A stretch of 63,978 bases of DNA from a virus (IMGVR_UViG_3300049043_000233:1-63978), one strand, 5' to 3'; positions 40,063-50,260 are shown, numbered from the stretch's first letter. Notes: a model not told the origin generated them from the letters alone. A program made the numbers and translations.

Positions 40063-42717
40063 TTGTCCGACCTGAAAATTACTGAGCTTCAGGCGCTTGC
40101 CGGGGCAGACCTCGCCGCTACTGACGCGCTGGCTGTTGCCGATCTTAGCGCTAGTGAAACCAAGAAGATCACGGTTGCCGACCTGATTGCTTACGGCGCC
40201 GACCTCATCAGCAACGCTGAAATCCCAAGCGCCAAGATCAGCTTTGCTGCTGGCTCGATCGTTGCAGCGTCCTTGGCATCTGATTCGGTGACGACGGCCA
40301 AGATTGCCGCCGATGCCGTTACTGCCGCCAAACTAGCCGACCAATCCTCTTGCATTGTCGCCGCTGATCTCGCAGCTCTCCAAGCAGTCACGGGCGACTT
40401 TATCGGCCAACTCGGCCTGGCCATTGACACCACCAAGATCTATCTCTGGCGCAACTCCACGTGGAACGCCGTCAAGGCCGCTGGTTCGATCAATACCATC
40501 TCGGCCGATACCAGCGGCATCGTCAATATCACAGTAAGCACCAGCGGCGACACGGCCACCGTCGGCACCAGCCTCGACAACACTGGGGCTGCGGGACAGT
40601 TTCTTGCGGGCCCCACTGGTTCGGCGGGCGCCGTCAGCTACCGCACCATCGCTGGCGCTGATCTGCCCACGGCCACAACAAGCGCCAAGGGCGGGGTGAT
40701 CATCAATGGTGGCGGCCTGACGATGAGCGGCGACACGGCCGTCATCAACAACACTGTCACGCCCGTCACCGACGCGCTGCGGAAGATCAGTTACAACGCC
40801 CAGGGCCTCATCACTGCCAGCACGGCAGTGGCTGGCACGGACCTGCCTCTCGCAACAAGCGTCCTCACTGGCGCCATGCGTCCCGGCACCGGCCTGAGCG
40901 TCAACGGCAGCGGCGTGCTCAATCATGCCAATAGCGTTGCAGGCGCCACGCAAAACGGCATCACCTTTGATGCCCAGGGCCATATCACTAGTGCCACGGC
41001 TTTGGTGGCAGCCGATATTCCTGAGATTCCGGCGTCCAAGATCACAAGTGGCACGCTCGCGGTCAATTTGATCGGCACCAATGCCATTACTGGTGCAAAA
41101 CTCGCCAACTACTCAACAGTTAAGTTTGGCGGCGCTGGCTCGACTGCAGGCGTTGTTACATTCCCAACGCCCGACTTTAACGGCCAGCAGTTCTTTGACA
41201 CGACAAACGGCGACCTCTATCTGTTCGACGGTAACGCCTGGCAGCCAATTACCGTCATCTCCGGCGACTTGGTGTATGCAGGTGCTTATAACGCCAATAC
41301 TAATCGAGTGATTAGCGTTACCACGCAGGGCTCTGCCGCTGGTTTTGTCGTTGGTAGTGCGCTGCCTGCTGCATCAGCAAGCAACCTCCGTTACTACGTG
41401 GTGGTTTCGGATTCTGGCACAGGCGTGGCTCCGGCACCGTCAGTGGCCTTGGCCCCGCCTGACATGCTGGTGTCTAACGGCGCCACGTATGACCACATTG
41501 ACGTGTCGAACGCTATTGCGGGCCAAACTGCCAGCAACATCAGCGTCATCCCTTATGGCAACATCGCCGCCACCAATGCGCAAACTGCTATTCAGGAGCT
41601 TGACGATGAAAAGCTAGCCAAAGCCGGAGGTGTGGTCACTGGCGAACTGCTCATTGGCACAACCGGCACATTCGGCTTTGAAGGTTCCACTGCCAATGCC
41701 TACGAAACCTATTTGGCGGTCGTCGATCCCACGGCAGACCGGACTATTACTTTTCCTGATGCCACCGGCACGGTTGTGCTTTCTGGCGCCATCGTCAATG
41801 CCGACATCAACGCCAGTGCCGCCATTGCCTATAGCAAACTTAGCCTGACTGGCTCAATCGTCAATGCCGACATTAATGCCAGTGCAGCAATCACCTACGG
41901 CAAGCTCAGTCTCACTGGAAGCATCGTCAACGCCGATGTCAATGCCTCTGCCGCCATTGCCTATAGCAAACTCAGTTTGACGGGCAGTATCGTCAATGCT
42001 GACATTGGTGCTTCTGCAGCCATTGCCGACACCAAGCTCGCCACCATCTCAACAGCGGGCAAGGTCAGCAACTCGGCTACGACCGCCACCAATGCGAACA
42101 CGGCCAGCGCGATTGTCGCCCGCGATGCCTCAGGCAACTTCTCCGCTGGCACCATCTCTGCAGCCCTGACGGGCAATGCCAGCACAGCCACGGCACTGGC
42201 CACGGCTCGCAACATCCAGGGCGTTGCGTTCGATGGCACCGCTGCAATCACCGTTGTCACGGCTGGCTCGGGCATCTCAGTAGCAGGCACCGCTGTGACC
42301 AACACCGGCGTGTTGAGTGTCAATGGCAACACGGGCGCCATCACCAACGTGGCGGTCACCAACACGGCGCAGTCGTTCACGGCTGCCCAACGAGGCACCA
42401 TCAGCGCCCTCGGCGCCCTGTCGGCTGGAACAACAACGCTGGACTTTGCCACAGCCAATAACTTTAGCTTCAGCCTTCCCGCTGGAGGCACTGTGACCTT
42501 GGCCACGCCAAGCAATATCACCGCTGGTCAAAGTGGATGTATTGTCATCACGCAAAACTCTGGCACTGCCGCCACCGTTGCTTATTCGACTGCATGGAAA
42601 TGGAAAGGCGGTGCACCGTCTGTAAGTACGACGCTCAGCAGTGTCAATGTGATTGCCTACTTTGTAGAATCCACTAGCCGTATTACGGCACAACTCCTCG
42701 ACAACACCGTCACCTGA
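40063..42717 (+). CDS. Long tail fibre protein
   Basis: MSDLKITEL start, Ala/Thr/Gly/Ser-rich, fibre motifs (VTTAKIAADAVT, FDAQGHITS, ATALATARNI), C-terminal ITAGQSG domain. Confidence 0.85.
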   Translation: MSDLKITELQALAGADLAATDALAVADLSASETKKITVADLIAYGADLISNAEIPSAKISFAAGSIVAASLASDSVTTAKIAADAVTAAKLADQSSCIVAADLAALQAVTGDFIGQLGLAIDTTKIYLWRNSTWNAVKAAGSINTISADTSGIVNITVSTSGDTATVGTSLDNTGAAGQFLAGPTGSAGAVSYRTIAGADLPTATTSAKGGVIINGGGLTMSGDTAVINNTVTPVTDALRKISYNAQGLITASTAVAGTDLPLATSVLTGAMRPGTGLSVNGSGVLNHANSVAGATQNGITFDAQGHITSATALVAADIPEIPASKITSGTLAVNLIGTNAITGAKLANYSTVKFGGAGSTAGVVTFPTPDFNGQQFFDTTNGDLYLFDGNAWQPITVISGDLVYAGAYNANTNRVISVTTQGSAAGFVVGSALPAASASNLRYYVVVSDSGTGVAPAPSVALAPPDMLVSNGATYDHIDVSNAIAGQTASNISVIPYGNIAATNAQTAIQELDDEKLAKAGGVVTGELLIGTTGTFGFEGSTANAYETYLAVVDPTADRTITFPDATGTVVLSGAIVNADINASAAIAYSKLSLTGSIVNADINASAAITYGKLSLTGSIVNADVNASAAIAYSKLSLTGSIVNADIGASAAIADTKLATISTAGKVSNSATTATNANTASAIVARDASGNFSAGTISAALTGNASTATALATARNIQGVAFDGTAAITVVTAGSGISVAGTAVTNTGVLSVNGNTGAITNVAVTNTAQSFTAAQRGTISALGALSAGTTTLDFATANNFSFSLPAGGTVTLATPSNITAGQSGCIVITQNSGTAATVAYSTAWKWKGGAPSVSTTLSSVNVIAYFVESTSRITAQLLDNTVT
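41791..42040 (+). repeat. About four tandem 66-bp (22-aa) repeats IVNADINASAAIAYSKLSLTGS
   Basis: Units start at 41791, 41857, 41923 and 41989. Confidence 0.9.
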
Positions 42718-42843
42718 TGCTGGTCCCGGAAGCGCCAATCCTCTTCTGCTGCAAAGCACTGCTGCTGCGGCTGGCTACAGCATCCCCAGAAGCCTGAGAT
42801 TCAATAGTAGTGACAGTGGTTACGAGCCTCAAGAAACTGTTAA
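42717..42843 (+). pseudogene. Truncated duplicate of the 5' end of the LamG/SPRY tail gene
   Basis: MLVPGSANPLLLQSTAAAAGYSIPRSLRFNSSDSGY (one missing C) versus MTIPGSANPLLLTAAATAGGYSISRSLRFNSADSAY at 43366. Confidence 0.85.
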
Positions 42844-42856
42844 TCGCATCCGCAAG

Positions 42857-43369
42857 ATGCCTCCACTCGGCTTCTTTCAAGAGCGACTGGAATACAACGC
42901 GGAAACTGGTAAGTTCACTTGGTTGGGCGATTTCAATGCCAAGCGCGTTGGTCGGAGGGCTGGTACGACTGTTGGGGTCAAGGGCTACAGAACAATTACA
43001 ATCAAAAAGCGCCGCTTTTACGAGCACCGGATTGCGTGGTACATGATGACCGGCGAAGATCCTACGAGTTTTGAAATTGATCACATTAACGGTGACAAAA
43101 CTGACAACCGTTTTTGTAACCTGCGGCTTGCCACCAGTCAAACAAACAAAGCTAACTGCAAGTTGACTGCAAACAACAGTTCTGGCTTCAAGGGAGTTCA
43201 TGCCCGTGGATCTCGCTGGATCGCTGGCATTACTCATAACCGCAAAATGATTCACATCGGCATGTTCAAAACTGCAGAAGAGGCTGCCCGTGCTTACGAC
43301 GCCAAAGCCGTTGAACTTTTTGGTGAATACGCTTTGACAAACGCTCAACTGCAGGAGGTGGCAGCATGA
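42857..43369 (+). CDS. HNH homing endonuclease with AP2 DNA-binding domain
   Basis: HRIAW...IDHINGDKTDNRFCNLR, SGFKGV...W.A.I...IG.F.TAEEAARAYD. Confidence 0.92.
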   Translation: MPPLGFFQERLEYNAETGKFTWLGDFNAKRVGRRAGTTVGVKGYRTITIKKRRFYEHRIAWYMMTGEDPTSFEIDHINGDKTDNRFCNLRLATSQTNKANCKLTANNSSGFKGVHARGSRWIAGITHNRKMIHIGMFKTAEEAARAYDAKAVELFGEYALTNAQLQEVAA

Positions 43370-46129
43370 CTATTCCAGGAAGCGCAAATCCCCTGCTCTT
43401 GACAGCCGCCGCAACTGCGGGAGGCTATTCAATTTCTCGATCCTTGCGGTTCAATTCCGCAGACTCGGCGTATTTGTCCCGCACCCCGGCATCGGCGGGC
43501 AACAGGCGCACTTGGACCTGGGCGGGGTGGGTGAAGCGGAGTGCGTTGGGCAGCATTCAAATCTTGATGAGTGTTGAGGGTAATTCAGACAGCACGACCG
43601 CACAGTTTTGGTTTAGCTCTGACGATAAATTTCGATTTGGCATTGAAACCGCTGATATTTTTGCTTCAAACGCGGTTTTTCGTGATTGCTCCGCCTGGTA
43701 TCACATAATTTTTGCGTTTGACGCTACAAATGCAACAAGCGCGGACAGAATGATTTTGTATGTAAATAACGTCCGTCAAACAACGTCAACATATACAGCC
43801 CCGAGCAACACTGATTATGGATTCAATAGGGCATCAGCAATTCATGTAATAGGCAGGCGCCAAAACAATGCGGACTGGTATTTCAATGGATACTTGGCCG
43901 ACGTATTTATGGTGGATGGCCTCCAACTTGCTCCCAGCAGCTTCGGTGCATTTGACGCCAACGGCATCTGGCAGCCCAAGGCCTACACTGGCACCTACGG
44001 CACCAACGGCTTCCAACTCAAGTTTGCCGACAACAGCAACAACACCGCCACCACATTAGGGAAGGACACTAGTCCCAATGGGAACAACTGGACGCCGAAT
44101 AATTTCCAGGTTTCTAATACTCCTTACGCAAGTTATGCCACTGGAGGCACAAATGTAAAAGCAGTATTTGATGGCTATGCCGACCTTGATCATCGCAATT
44201 TTTTAAGCAGTTCACAAGTTTTTGAATTTGCTTATACACCGGGGCTTGCGTACTCATCAAAAATTGAAATATGGGCATACACAGGTAACGCAACGGACGG
44301 AGCAACAAGTTATCAAATTAATAACAGCGGTTCTTACACAAACTTTAGCGCCGATGGTACATGGGGATGGCTGACAGTAGCAACCGGAAGCGGAACCTTA
44401 ACAAACTTAAAGTACAAAAACAATGCAAACGGAACCGGCATATCTTTTATTGCGGCTATTCGTATTGACTCGACAACGATATTGATTGATGATTCGAGCC
44501 GCATCGACTCCCTCGTGGATTCGCCTACGAATGGCACCGCATCCAGCGGCGGCGATGCTGGTGGAACCGTGGTGGGGAATTACTGCTGCTGGAACGCACT
44601 TGATAATGCGGGAACTCTTGCCAATGGGAACCTTGACTTCAGCCAAAGTTCAGCGGCGTTTAGAAATGTTCGCTCAACGTTTGCCATGTCTTCAGGCAAG
44701 TGGTACTGGGAAGGAACTTTATCCACACTTGGCGGCGCTGCTTATATTGGTATTGGCACAGCAGCAGCAAGTCTCACCGTAAATATTGGCGCATCAGATA
44801 CTTGGGGCTATGTAAATGATGGCAAAAAACAATCAGGCAACACGGCTTCTGTTACCTATGGAGCAAGCTATACAACAGGCGACATAATTGGTGTTGCATT
44901 TGACGCAGACAACGGCACGCTTACATTTTACAAAAACGGAACAAGCCAAGGGCAAGCATATTCTGGCCTCACCTCTGGACCATACTTTTTTATGGTCACT
45001 GGATATAACGGAACGTTATGGGCTGCAAATTTTGGGCAAAGGGCATTTCAAACAGCAGCGCCTGCGAACCATAAAGGAGTCTGCACCGCCAACCTGCCCA
45101 CGCCCACGATCCTTAAGGGCAGCGATTACTTCGACACCAAGCTCTACACCGGCAACGGCAGCACCCAGACAATTAGTGGGCTTGCCTTCGAGCCTGACTT
45201 TGTTTGGGTAAAAAATAGAAGCAGAAGTAGCTATAACGCGCTCCAAGATATTGTCAGAGGATTTGGCAATACATTATTATCTTCAAATGCCACCAATGCA
45301 GAAGCATTTAGCGACGACGGCACAATTAGTGCTGCTACTTCTAATGGTTTTACAGTTTATTATGGTGGCGGCGGCAATACCGGAACAAATACAAACAAGA
45401 ACAATGATAGTTATGTTGGATGGGCGTGGGACGCTGGAACTACAACATCGTCCAACGGATCAGGCAGCATCACTTCTACGGTGAGGGCTAACGCTAGTGC
45501 GGGGTTTAGTGTTGTCGGGTGGACCGGGAATGGTTCGAGTGGGGCGACTGTCGGCCACGGACTAGGTGTAACACCTGGAATGGTAATTATCAAAAACAGA
45601 GACAGCACGGCTTCATTTCGGTGGATCGTCTGGCATCAGTCAATTTCTCAGGCCGTACAATCCAGTTCAACCATTCAACTAACTTCGATAAATAATGTCC
45701 TGTTCTTAGACACAACGTTGGGGCAGTACAATTATTCATTTGACGGCCAGATAAACGGCAGCGCTCAAAATGATCGCCTACTGCTTCGCCCCAGTAGTCG
45801 GGTACAGTAATGGGTTCAGCTACACAGGCAACGGATCGACAGATGGCAGCTTTGTGTATCTCGGATTTAGGCCCAAGCTGGTGTTAATTAAAAGAAGCGA
45901 TTCAACTGGCAACTGGTACTTATGGGATACCGTGCGAAATACGTACAACGTTGTTGGCGAGGAGCTGTATCCAAACCTTTCTAATGCAGCAGCAACAGCA
46001 ACGGATTTAGATCTTCTGAGTAACGGATTTAAACTGCGAAGCACTACCGCTGATTTCAATGCTTCAGGCGGTACTTTTATTGGATTTGCGTGGGCGGAAA
46101 ATCCGTTTAGTATCAGCCGTGCCCGTTAA
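43366..46129 (+). CDS. Tail/receptor-binding protein with ConA/LamG and SPRY domains (frameshift near 45768)
   Basis: WTWAGWVKR, WYHI, FNGYLAD (LamG); SSGKWYWE, GDIIGVAFDADNGTLTFYKNG (SPRY); YTGNGS repeats; ends AENPFSISRAR*. Confidence 0.85.
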
Positions 46130-46853
46130 AGACCTTGCCGGACAACGTTTTGGCAAAATTCGCGTAATCAATCGCGCTCCTAGCGGTTCACGTTGGCAGA
46201 CGCGCTGGAACTGCATTTGCGATTGCGGCAATGCAAAAGTAATGCAAGCCAGCAACTTGACCACTGGAAAAAGCAAAAGCTGTGGTTGTGAATCTGAAAA
46301 AGCAAGGTACACGAATAACGCAAAGGCAAAACTTAGCGAAAAACAAGTGCGTGAAAAATGCAACAAACATGGATTCGACTACCTGCGCGGCTTTAACGGA
46401 ATCCAGAAAAAGGCTTGGTTCCGATGCCAAGAGTGTGAACACGAGTTTGCCATGAAGGCCGAAAAAGTAATTTATGGCGTCAATCAGTGCCCTCAGTGCA
46501 GCATTGGTAGCCACGGATACCTGAACGAAAAGTTTTTTGATGAACGCCCCGAACTTCGTGATATTCCCTGCACGGTTTACCTACTAAAGCTGCGCAACAA
46601 AGACGAAGAATTTTGGAAAATAGGCATCACAAGGCGCACGGTTGCCAAACGTATGTACCAGATTCCCTACGAACTGGTCGAAAGCGAAACCGTCGAAACG
46701 ACTTTTTGGAACGCCTACCTGCTAGAAAAAGATTTCAAGCGGGCAATCAAACGGTATCGCTACACTCCAGCCATTGACTTTGGGGGCTGGACCGAGTGTT
46801 TTCAGCCCGCCCCACAAGAGAACAAGACCAGTGGGGGCTTGACACCGTGGTAA
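46119..46853 (+). CDS. Putative homing endonuclease (zinc ribbons plus GIY-YIG-like C-terminus)
   Basis: DLAGQRFG...W.C.CDCG...SCGC, CQEC/CPQC, VYLLKL...WKIGIT...GWTECF. Confidence 0.7.
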   Translation: MPVKDLAGQRFGKIRVINRAPSGSRWQTRWNCICDCGNAKVMQASNLTTGKSKSCGCESEKARYTNNAKAKLSEKQVREKCNKHGFDYLRGFNGIQKKAWFRCQECEHEFAMKAEKVIYGVNQCPQCSIGSHGYLNEKFFDERPELRDIPCTVYLLKLRNKDEEFWKIGITRRTVAKRMYQIPYELVESETVETTFWNAYLLEKDFKRAIKRYRYTPAIDFGGWTECFQPAPQENKTSGGLTPW

Positions 46854-46913
46854 TGTGGTAAGGCAGCGGCGCGTCAACGCCCTGCCCCATGACCGCCGAT
46901 TGGAGGATCGACG

Positions 46914-47186
46914 ATGACCCAAGATTACACGCATCCCATTACGCCACTGCCAGAGCTGGTGCAGCAGTGGTATGACAAAGCCAAAAAGGACCCATGTGGC
47001 CCAATTAACTGGATTGCCGTTAAGGCTGCACAGTGGGGATCGGACCAGGAGCTGGAGGCGTGCGTTGAATGGCTAGATCGAGAGGGTTGGTCTGGTGAAT
47101 CTAGGCAACTCCGCGCCGCCCGCCGTCCTCTTACTCCCCCTGAGACTATTGAAGTCGACGGATTTACATACAAGCTTGTGCGATGA
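46914..47186 (+). CDS. Hypothetical accessory protein
   Basis: GGAGG RBS; HPITPLPELVQQW...QWGSDQELEACVEWL. Confidence 0.7.
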   Translation: MTQDYTHPITPLPELVQQWYDKAKKDPCGPINWIAVKAAQWGSDQELEACVEWLDREGWSGESRQLRAARRPLTPPETIEVDGFTYKLVR

Positions 47187-47247
47187 TTATCACCTATGAA
47201 GCTCACATAGCTGCACTCGCCCACCGACTTGAGCATCATTGGAATCC

Positions 47248-47763
47248 ATGACTGATCCACGCGACTTGATCCAGCGGTTGGCTGATGAGCTGGAAAAACT
47301 TGACGATCATTATTCTGCCCAGTTGTTTGATCTGCTTGACGAAGCCCGCGCATACCTCGCCCAACCGGAGCCCGAGGGTCCAACGGATGAAGAGATTCTT
47401 GCGCTATCTGGTAAGTACTTTATTTACAGAGGCGACTCGATGGGTGACCGGTTTATTCCAATATCTATCGGCCCTTCATTTGAGCTAAGTCAACAGATGG
47501 TTGATTTTGCCCGCGCCATCCTTGCTTGTTACGGCCACCAGCGCCCCACGCCCCTCTCTCTCACTGAGCGCCAGCCGACTGAAGCGGACTGCGATGCGAA
47601 GGGTAGGTGCTGGTGGGGGCGTTCATCGGATGAGATGTGCAATCCCGATTGGTTTCTAGCGAGTCGCGCTGAAGTTGAGAAGTTTTGCGATGGCTGGCCT
47701 CCCAGCGTGTTTCTCCCCCACTGGGCGCTGCCGACGCCTAACCCCACTAGCGAAACACACTAA
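47248..47763 (+). CDS. Hypothetical accessory protein
   Basis: MTDPRDLIQRLADEL...AQPEPEGPTDEE...DCDAKGRCWW...LPHWALP. Confidence 0.7.
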   Translation: MTDPRDLIQRLADELEKLDDHYSAQLFDLLDEARAYLAQPEPEGPTDEEILALSGKYFIYRGDSMGDRFIPISIGPSFELSQQMVDFARAILACYGHQRPTPLSLTERQPTEADCDAKGRCWWGRSSDEMCNPDWFLASRAEVEKFCDGWPPSVFLPHWALPTPNPTSETH

Positions 47764-47954
47764 TGACTACAACTACCAGCGACCTTCTTGAAAAACTATC
47801 TGACGCATGGTGTAATGCTTTGCAGTCGGATCTAGAGCACGGTGTTAGTTGCTTAAATGCAAGGGCCGCCACTGAGTTCCATCAGAAATACAAAGCAATC
47901 TCAGCGTTTGGAGAGATGCTTAATGACCTTTACATCGAGTATTGCGATGACTGA
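47763..47954 (+). CDS. Hypothetical accessory protein
   Basis: TAATG overlap with the upstream gene. Confidence 0.6.
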   Translation: MTTTTSDLLEKLSDAWCNALQSDLEHGVSCLNARAATEFHQKYKAISAFGEMLNDLYIEYCDD

Positions 47955-48222
47955 ACTTTCACCAGCAGCGCAGGCAGTGCTTGATGGCGCCAAGCGTGCC
48001 AACTGTTATCGAGACGTTGATTTTATGGATGAATCTCGCTGGATTGCCGCCGCCGCCCTTGAGGCACTGGCGGATCAGGTGGTGCCGCATGAACACGAAC
48101 CACCATGTGGAGAAGGTGAGCCGTGGCCCCAGGGTTACCAATTGATGCGCGATGCCCAATGGGAAAAGTGCCAACAGCTTCGCGCCAAAATCCTCGCCAT
48201 CGCCGCCGAGCTGCGCCAATGA
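47947..48222 (+). CDS. Hypothetical accessory protein
   Basis: MTELSPAAQAVLD...ILAIAAEL, overlapping the upstream stop. Confidence 0.65.
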   Translation: MTELSPAAQAVLDGAKRANCYRDVDFMDESRWIAAAALEALADQVVPHEHEPPCGEGEPWPQGYQLMRDAQWEKCQQLRAKILAIAAELRQ

Positions 48223-48282
48223 TTTTTCGACGATTGAACTGAGTCGCTAACCCTGTTCTAAACTTCTACACAACACACAACA

Positions 48283-48609
48283 ATGTCTGAAACTGTTTCT
48301 GTGACCACTATTTGTATTAACGGCGTTGACTATGTTCGCGCTGATTCTGTGCCTGCTGCTCAGCCCAATGGCAACCGCGCCGTGGTTGTTGTTGATCGTG
48401 GCTGGATTTTTGCTGGTGATGTGAGCCGTGAAGACGGTCGCATTCGTCTGAGTCGTGCTGTATGGGTGTTCCGCTGGGAATCTTGCGGTTTTGCCAAGGT
48501 GATTGAGGACCCCTCTAATGCCGATGTCCGCCCTATGGCTGACGTGGACATTCCCGAAGGAGCTGAAATCTTTTGCGTACCCGTAAGCGATAATTGGGGG
48601 CTTGGTTGA
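48283..48609 (+). CDS. Conserved phage hypothetical protein
   Basis: INGVDYVRADS...VVVDRGWIFAG...VFRW, a type usually paired with a Gly-repeat ORF. Confidence 0.7.
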   Translation: MSETVSVTTICINGVDYVRADSVPAAQPNGNRAVVVVDRGWIFAGDVSREDGRIRLSRAVWVFRWESCGFAKVIEDPSNADVRPMADVDIPEGAEIFCVPVSDNWGLG

Positions 48610-48812
48610 TGTTTAGGCCAATCGGCTACGGCAACGGCTACGGCTACGGCTACGGCGACGGCAACGGCTACGGCTACGGCAACGGCTACGGCAACGGCTA
48701 CGGCTACGGCTACGGCAACGGCTACGGCTACGGCTACGGCAACGGCAACGGCAACGGCAGCGGCAACGGCAGCGGCACGTGCAGTCCTAATCGCGGCAGG
48801 AGGATAAAATGA
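48609..48812 (+). CDS. Gly-Tyr/Gly-Asn repeat protein
   Basis: TGATG overlap. GGCTAC/GGCAAC hexamer array at ~48624-48776. Confidence 0.6.
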   Translation: MFRPIGYGNGYGYGYGDGNGYGYGNGYGNGYGYGYGNGYGYGYGNGNGNGSGNGSGTCSPNRGRRIK

Positions 48813-48839
48813 TCAACCCCAGAAGACGCTTCCACTTCT

Positions 48840-49396
48840 ATGCGTGTTCTTATTGCTTGTGAATACAGCGGGCGTGTACGCGACGCTTTTGCCGCCAAGG
48901 GCTGGGACGCTTGGAGCTGTGATCTACTTCCTTCAGAGAGAGAGGTAATCATTACCAGGGACCAGTCGAAGAGATCCTCAGTCAGCACTGGGATTTACTA
49001 ATTGCCCATCCACCTTGTACACATCTGGCCGTCAGCGGTGCTCGCTGGTTCAAAGACAAACAGGCCGAACAACAGACAGCACTGGATTTTGTGCGGCTAC
49101 TACTCAACGCACCAGTGAAACGCATTGCTCTTGAAAATCCGGTTTCAATAATTTCAAGTCGCATCCGTAAACCTGACCAAATCATTCAACCTTGGCAATT
49201 TGGTCACGGTGAGACAAAAGCCACCTGTTTATGGCTTAAAAATCTGCCTAAGTTAAAGCCTACATGCGTCGTTGATGGACGCGAAAATAGAGTTCACAGG
49301 ATGCCCCCTAGTCCAGATCGCTGGAAAGAGCGAAGTCGCACTTACACTGGAATTGCAGAAGCCATGGCGGCTCAATGGGGCAGCCAGCCCTCCTAG
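48840..49396 (+). CDS. Short phage-type DNA cytosine methyltransferase (frameshift in an AG run near 48940)
   Basis: MRVLIACEYSG, WSCDL, AHPPCT (motif IV PC), LENPV (motif VI), RSRTY.GIA.AMA.QWG. Confidence 0.8.
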
Positions 49397-49405
49397 TCAC
49401 CCTCC

Positions 49406-50260
49406 CTACAGAGTCGGCATTTCATATTCTTGCGTTGTGTTGCAATAGTGTTTCCAGATCACCTCTGCACTATTGCCAGCCCACTTTGCCACCTGTGCCA
49501 CTGGAATGCCGGCTTCAATCCAGCGGCTGATTGCCGTGTGACGCAAGTCGTATGGCCTGTAACGATGCGTGGTTAAACCTGCAGCATGAAGCTCTTTGGC
49601 TCGATCGTAGAAGTAACTCTGAAATGAATAACGGTTGTATGGAAACACATATTCATCATTTTTCTCCATCGCATCCAATATCTCAAGCGTCCTACCGTTT
49701 AACGGCACGAGCCTTTTTTTGTTTGTTTTTGTTGAGTTTTTGAGACCATGGGTGAGAGTGTAGTTGCAGTGAACAAGTAATTTCTCATCTTTTACGTCTT
49801 CCCATCGAACCGCTCTCACCTCACCAGTGCGCATGGCCGTTTGAAGCATGAACTCTGCAAACAACGACCATCGTGCTCCCCCTGGGATTTGCTTCGCCTC
49901 CAAGGCGGCCATGAGCACGGAGGTTTCATTGCGAGGAATGACAATCACCTCCTCGTCTGTCTGCGGAGGCTTGGGCATGCGAAAAGTGGTAATTGGATTG
50001 CGCTCAAGATAAGCAATATCCTCGCTGCTCACCCATCGATACAGACTTTTAATGTACATGGCCACCCTTCTGCTTGACTTTACGGGCTTCTGCCCCAGCA
50101 CCCATGCCATCACCTGCCTGCCTTCCTTCAGGTCGGTAATTGGGCAACGGGCCAACCATTTATCCATTTGCCGATAGTCGGCTATCAAACTTGTAGGACA
50201 CAGGGTCACTGCTCGCTCTGCCTTGAAAGCACTCCAGGCCTCTTGCAGGGTGGGTGTCAT
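49406..50260 (-). CDS. Tyrosine recombinase/integrase lacking an arm-binding domain
   Basis: MRTGE (Arg), STKTNK (Lys), PYDLRHT, WAGNS...KHY (Tyr). Likely start MTPTLQEAW at 50260. Confidence 0.9.
   Translation of the reverse strand: MTPTLQEAWSAFKAERAVTLCPTSLIADYRQMDKWLARCPITDLKEGRQVMAWVLGQKPVKSSRRVAMYIKSLYRWVSSEDIAYLERNPITTFRMPKPPQTDEEVIVIPRNETSVLMAALEAKQIPGGARWSLFAEFMLQTAMRTGEVRAVRWEDVKDEKLLVHCNYTLTHGLKNSTKTNKKRLVPLNGRTLEILDAMEKNDEYVFPYNRYSFQSYFYDRAKELHAAGLTTHRYRPYDLRHTAISRWIEAGIPVAQVAKWAGNSAEVIWKHYCNTTQEYEMPTL

Noticed and set aside
42717-46129. Diversity-generating retroelement (template/variable repeat pair)
   Set aside because: No reverse transcriptase in the window. The duplicated segment is N-terminal and its differences are not adenine-specific.
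46839-46864. Sigma70 promoter (TTGACA) driving the accessory array
   Set aside because: A perfect -35 is present but no -10 lies at 16-18 bp spacing, so it is not called as a feature.
49406-50260. Recombinase as evidence that the phage is integrated at ~4800
   Set aside because: It lies about 45 kb from the junction, no att duplication is visible there, and the flanking DNA does not match the inferred host.
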